A stretch of 63,664 nucleotides of DNA, the filler included, from Bonamia ostreae (taxonomy: Eukaryota): NCBI GenBank assembly GCA_040357525.1. It is 21 parts of 21 records of this genome, joined end to end, with 100 filler letters (N's around TTAATTAATTAA, not from the genome) between each part and the next. Parts side by side here need not be neighbours in the genome. Positions count along the whole stretch, not along the records: positions 60,759 to 63,664 come from JBDODL010000649.1; 20 more parts are not named here. One strand, given 5' to 3'. How positions within the stretch are numbered: the stretch's first letter is position 1; each line of letters opens with the position of its first letter. Below, in pieces: positions 62,206 to 63,664 of this stretch. Under the pieces are notes generated by a model, which did no database searches, was not told the origin of the DNA, and saw only the letters and a program-made list of their open reading frames with translations. The position numbers and the translations under genes were made by a program.

Positions 62206-63050
62206 TTATGTGTACATTCTTTTAACTGATTCATCCTCACTAATTATCTCTTCACTGTTGAAGACAAGTTTGTCGACATCACTTTCTTCCCCAAAATCAG
62301 AAATATCAAAATTTACGTCTATAATAGTCTTAACAGCCCACAAAACAGCCAAAACGCCCAAACCGTCTTTTTTCCGCGTCTTGTTTACAATTATAGTCAC
62401 TTTCGGCGCATCGGGATGGAAAAACTGTGCATCCCTTAACAACATGCTCGACATTCCAAAGACCATAATCTCTTTCGCAGGGCGAAAACCGATTGAAGTC
62501 AAATCTTGGGCTGTTTTCTCGCTGTTGGTCTTAAAAATCGCCTTCTTTTCTAAATTCGAAAACGCTTTGTTTTCATTTGACTTGTTTAATGGACTGAACG
62601 AGGTTTTAGTGATATCGGCGACGACATCGACTTCTTTGTCAAAAAAATAAGTGTCTTGTCCCGAAACGGAGATCAAATGCGTCATTTCGAAGTTGATAAT
62701 GAATTCCATCAAGATGTTGTGTAAGTGCATTAAAGTTTTGAACGTGTTTGGAGTGAAAATTAGTTCAGTTGTGACTATTACAAGATTTTCGTTTCCGTAT
62801 ATTCGAAACTGGGAATTATAAATTTTTGTAAATTTTTCTGACCAAAACAACAATTTTAATAAAAAATTTAAACCGGATATAAAATATCTCCTTTGTGAAC
62901 AATTGTTATACCAGTAGTGAAGATATCAGAAGAAATTATCCCTATTATCGGCAAATCCAATTCCTTTATAAGCATTCTGCACACTTTCACTGGAATTATT
63001 GTTGTGTCGGGAAAACCAAAAATTATTTTTGCCCCTTTTATCTCTTTCAA
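62206..63050 (-). CDS. Proteasome assembly chaperone, PAC2/Pba family, with C-terminal HbYX motif
   Basis: IIFGFPD..LIKELDLPIIGIISS..YP-FRIYG; C-terminus KRMYT; true start lies further upstream. Confidence 0.7.
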
Positions 63051-63664
63051 AATAAATTATCTAACAATGTTCGGATAAAAAATTTTATAAAAATATCGAT
63101 TAAAAATTTTAAAAAGAGTTTGTAAAAATATCGATTAAAATTGTAAAATTTGTAAAAATTAATTGATATCGAATAAAAATTTAAGATTTTGTAAAAATAT
63201 CGATTAAAATTGTAAAATTTGTAACAATTTATAGATTAATTGTGATTTTGAATAAGAATACTTGCATTTTTAGATAAACGCAAATTTCCTTCTTTTTTAT
63301 TGTAATTATTGACTTCTCCGTATCTTTTAAAATATATTTCCTCTTCAGTAGTTTCGTAATTATTAGAGAATATTTTTTTATTTAAAAGTGTCATCTGTTG
63401 AATATATTTATTAGAATTTAACAAATCTTTTTTCATTTTAAAAGCTATTTAACGGATAAAGTTAGATTTTTTAAAAACTTTACTTTTTGCGACTAAAATT
63501 TGTATAAAATTTATCATTCGAAAATTTGAAATTTAGTTGCAATGTTTAATAAATTTATTTCGACCATAAAAACTAAAATTACAAAAAGTTACAAAAATTT
63601 ATCCAAATTTAATACACATAAATTGAATCCTTTTCTTAAAAGATTTCTTGCTATCTTCAAAAAA

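Noticed and set aside
1-63664. Gene clusters or operon-like systems across the window
   Set aside because: Contigs are sorted by length, not position; only within-contig neighbourhoods are real

Overview
This is not a continuous locus. It is 21 unrelated contigs of about 2.9-3.0 kb, ordered by decreasing length (2970 down to 2906 bp) and joined by 20 artificial 100-bp spacers (N44-TTAATTAATTAA-N44), so adjacency across spacers means nothing. Eighteen contigs come from a very compact, AT-rich microbial eukaryote. It has mitochondrial genes, short intergenic regions and many tiny spliceosomal introns (mostly 19-31 nt) with an atypical GTT donor. Three contigs (24472-27413, 45699-48615, 57753-60658) look metazoan and bivalve-like, with long introns, MITEs and GGAC/AGAC-microsatellite elements. 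My inference is a protist parasite of shellfish (haplosporidian/Bonamia-like) co-assembled with host DNA; I cannot confirm this without a search. Recognisable genes include a Rad21/Rec8 kleisin, ERO1, PCID2, DUS, SPT6, ubiquilin, ARPC1, HSF, p24, mitochondrial uL15, DDX18, beta-tubulin, iPGM, P5C dehydrogenase, SPF45, an SLC34 transporter, two USPs and PP2A-A. The most notable observations are: (1) a tail-to-tail pair of paralogous secreted Kazal inhibitors missed by the ORF track, with different P1 residues (Tyr and Lys); (2) a secreted 264-aa orphan protein with about 32 Arg and a single terminal Lys in an otherwise Lys-rich proteome; (3) the GTT-donor tiny-intron system, with repeated signs of tandem duplication across splice junctions; (4) a catalytically dead ornithine decarboxylase homologue; (5) a tandem double pseudokinase. 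All gene models were spliced by hand and are predictions.
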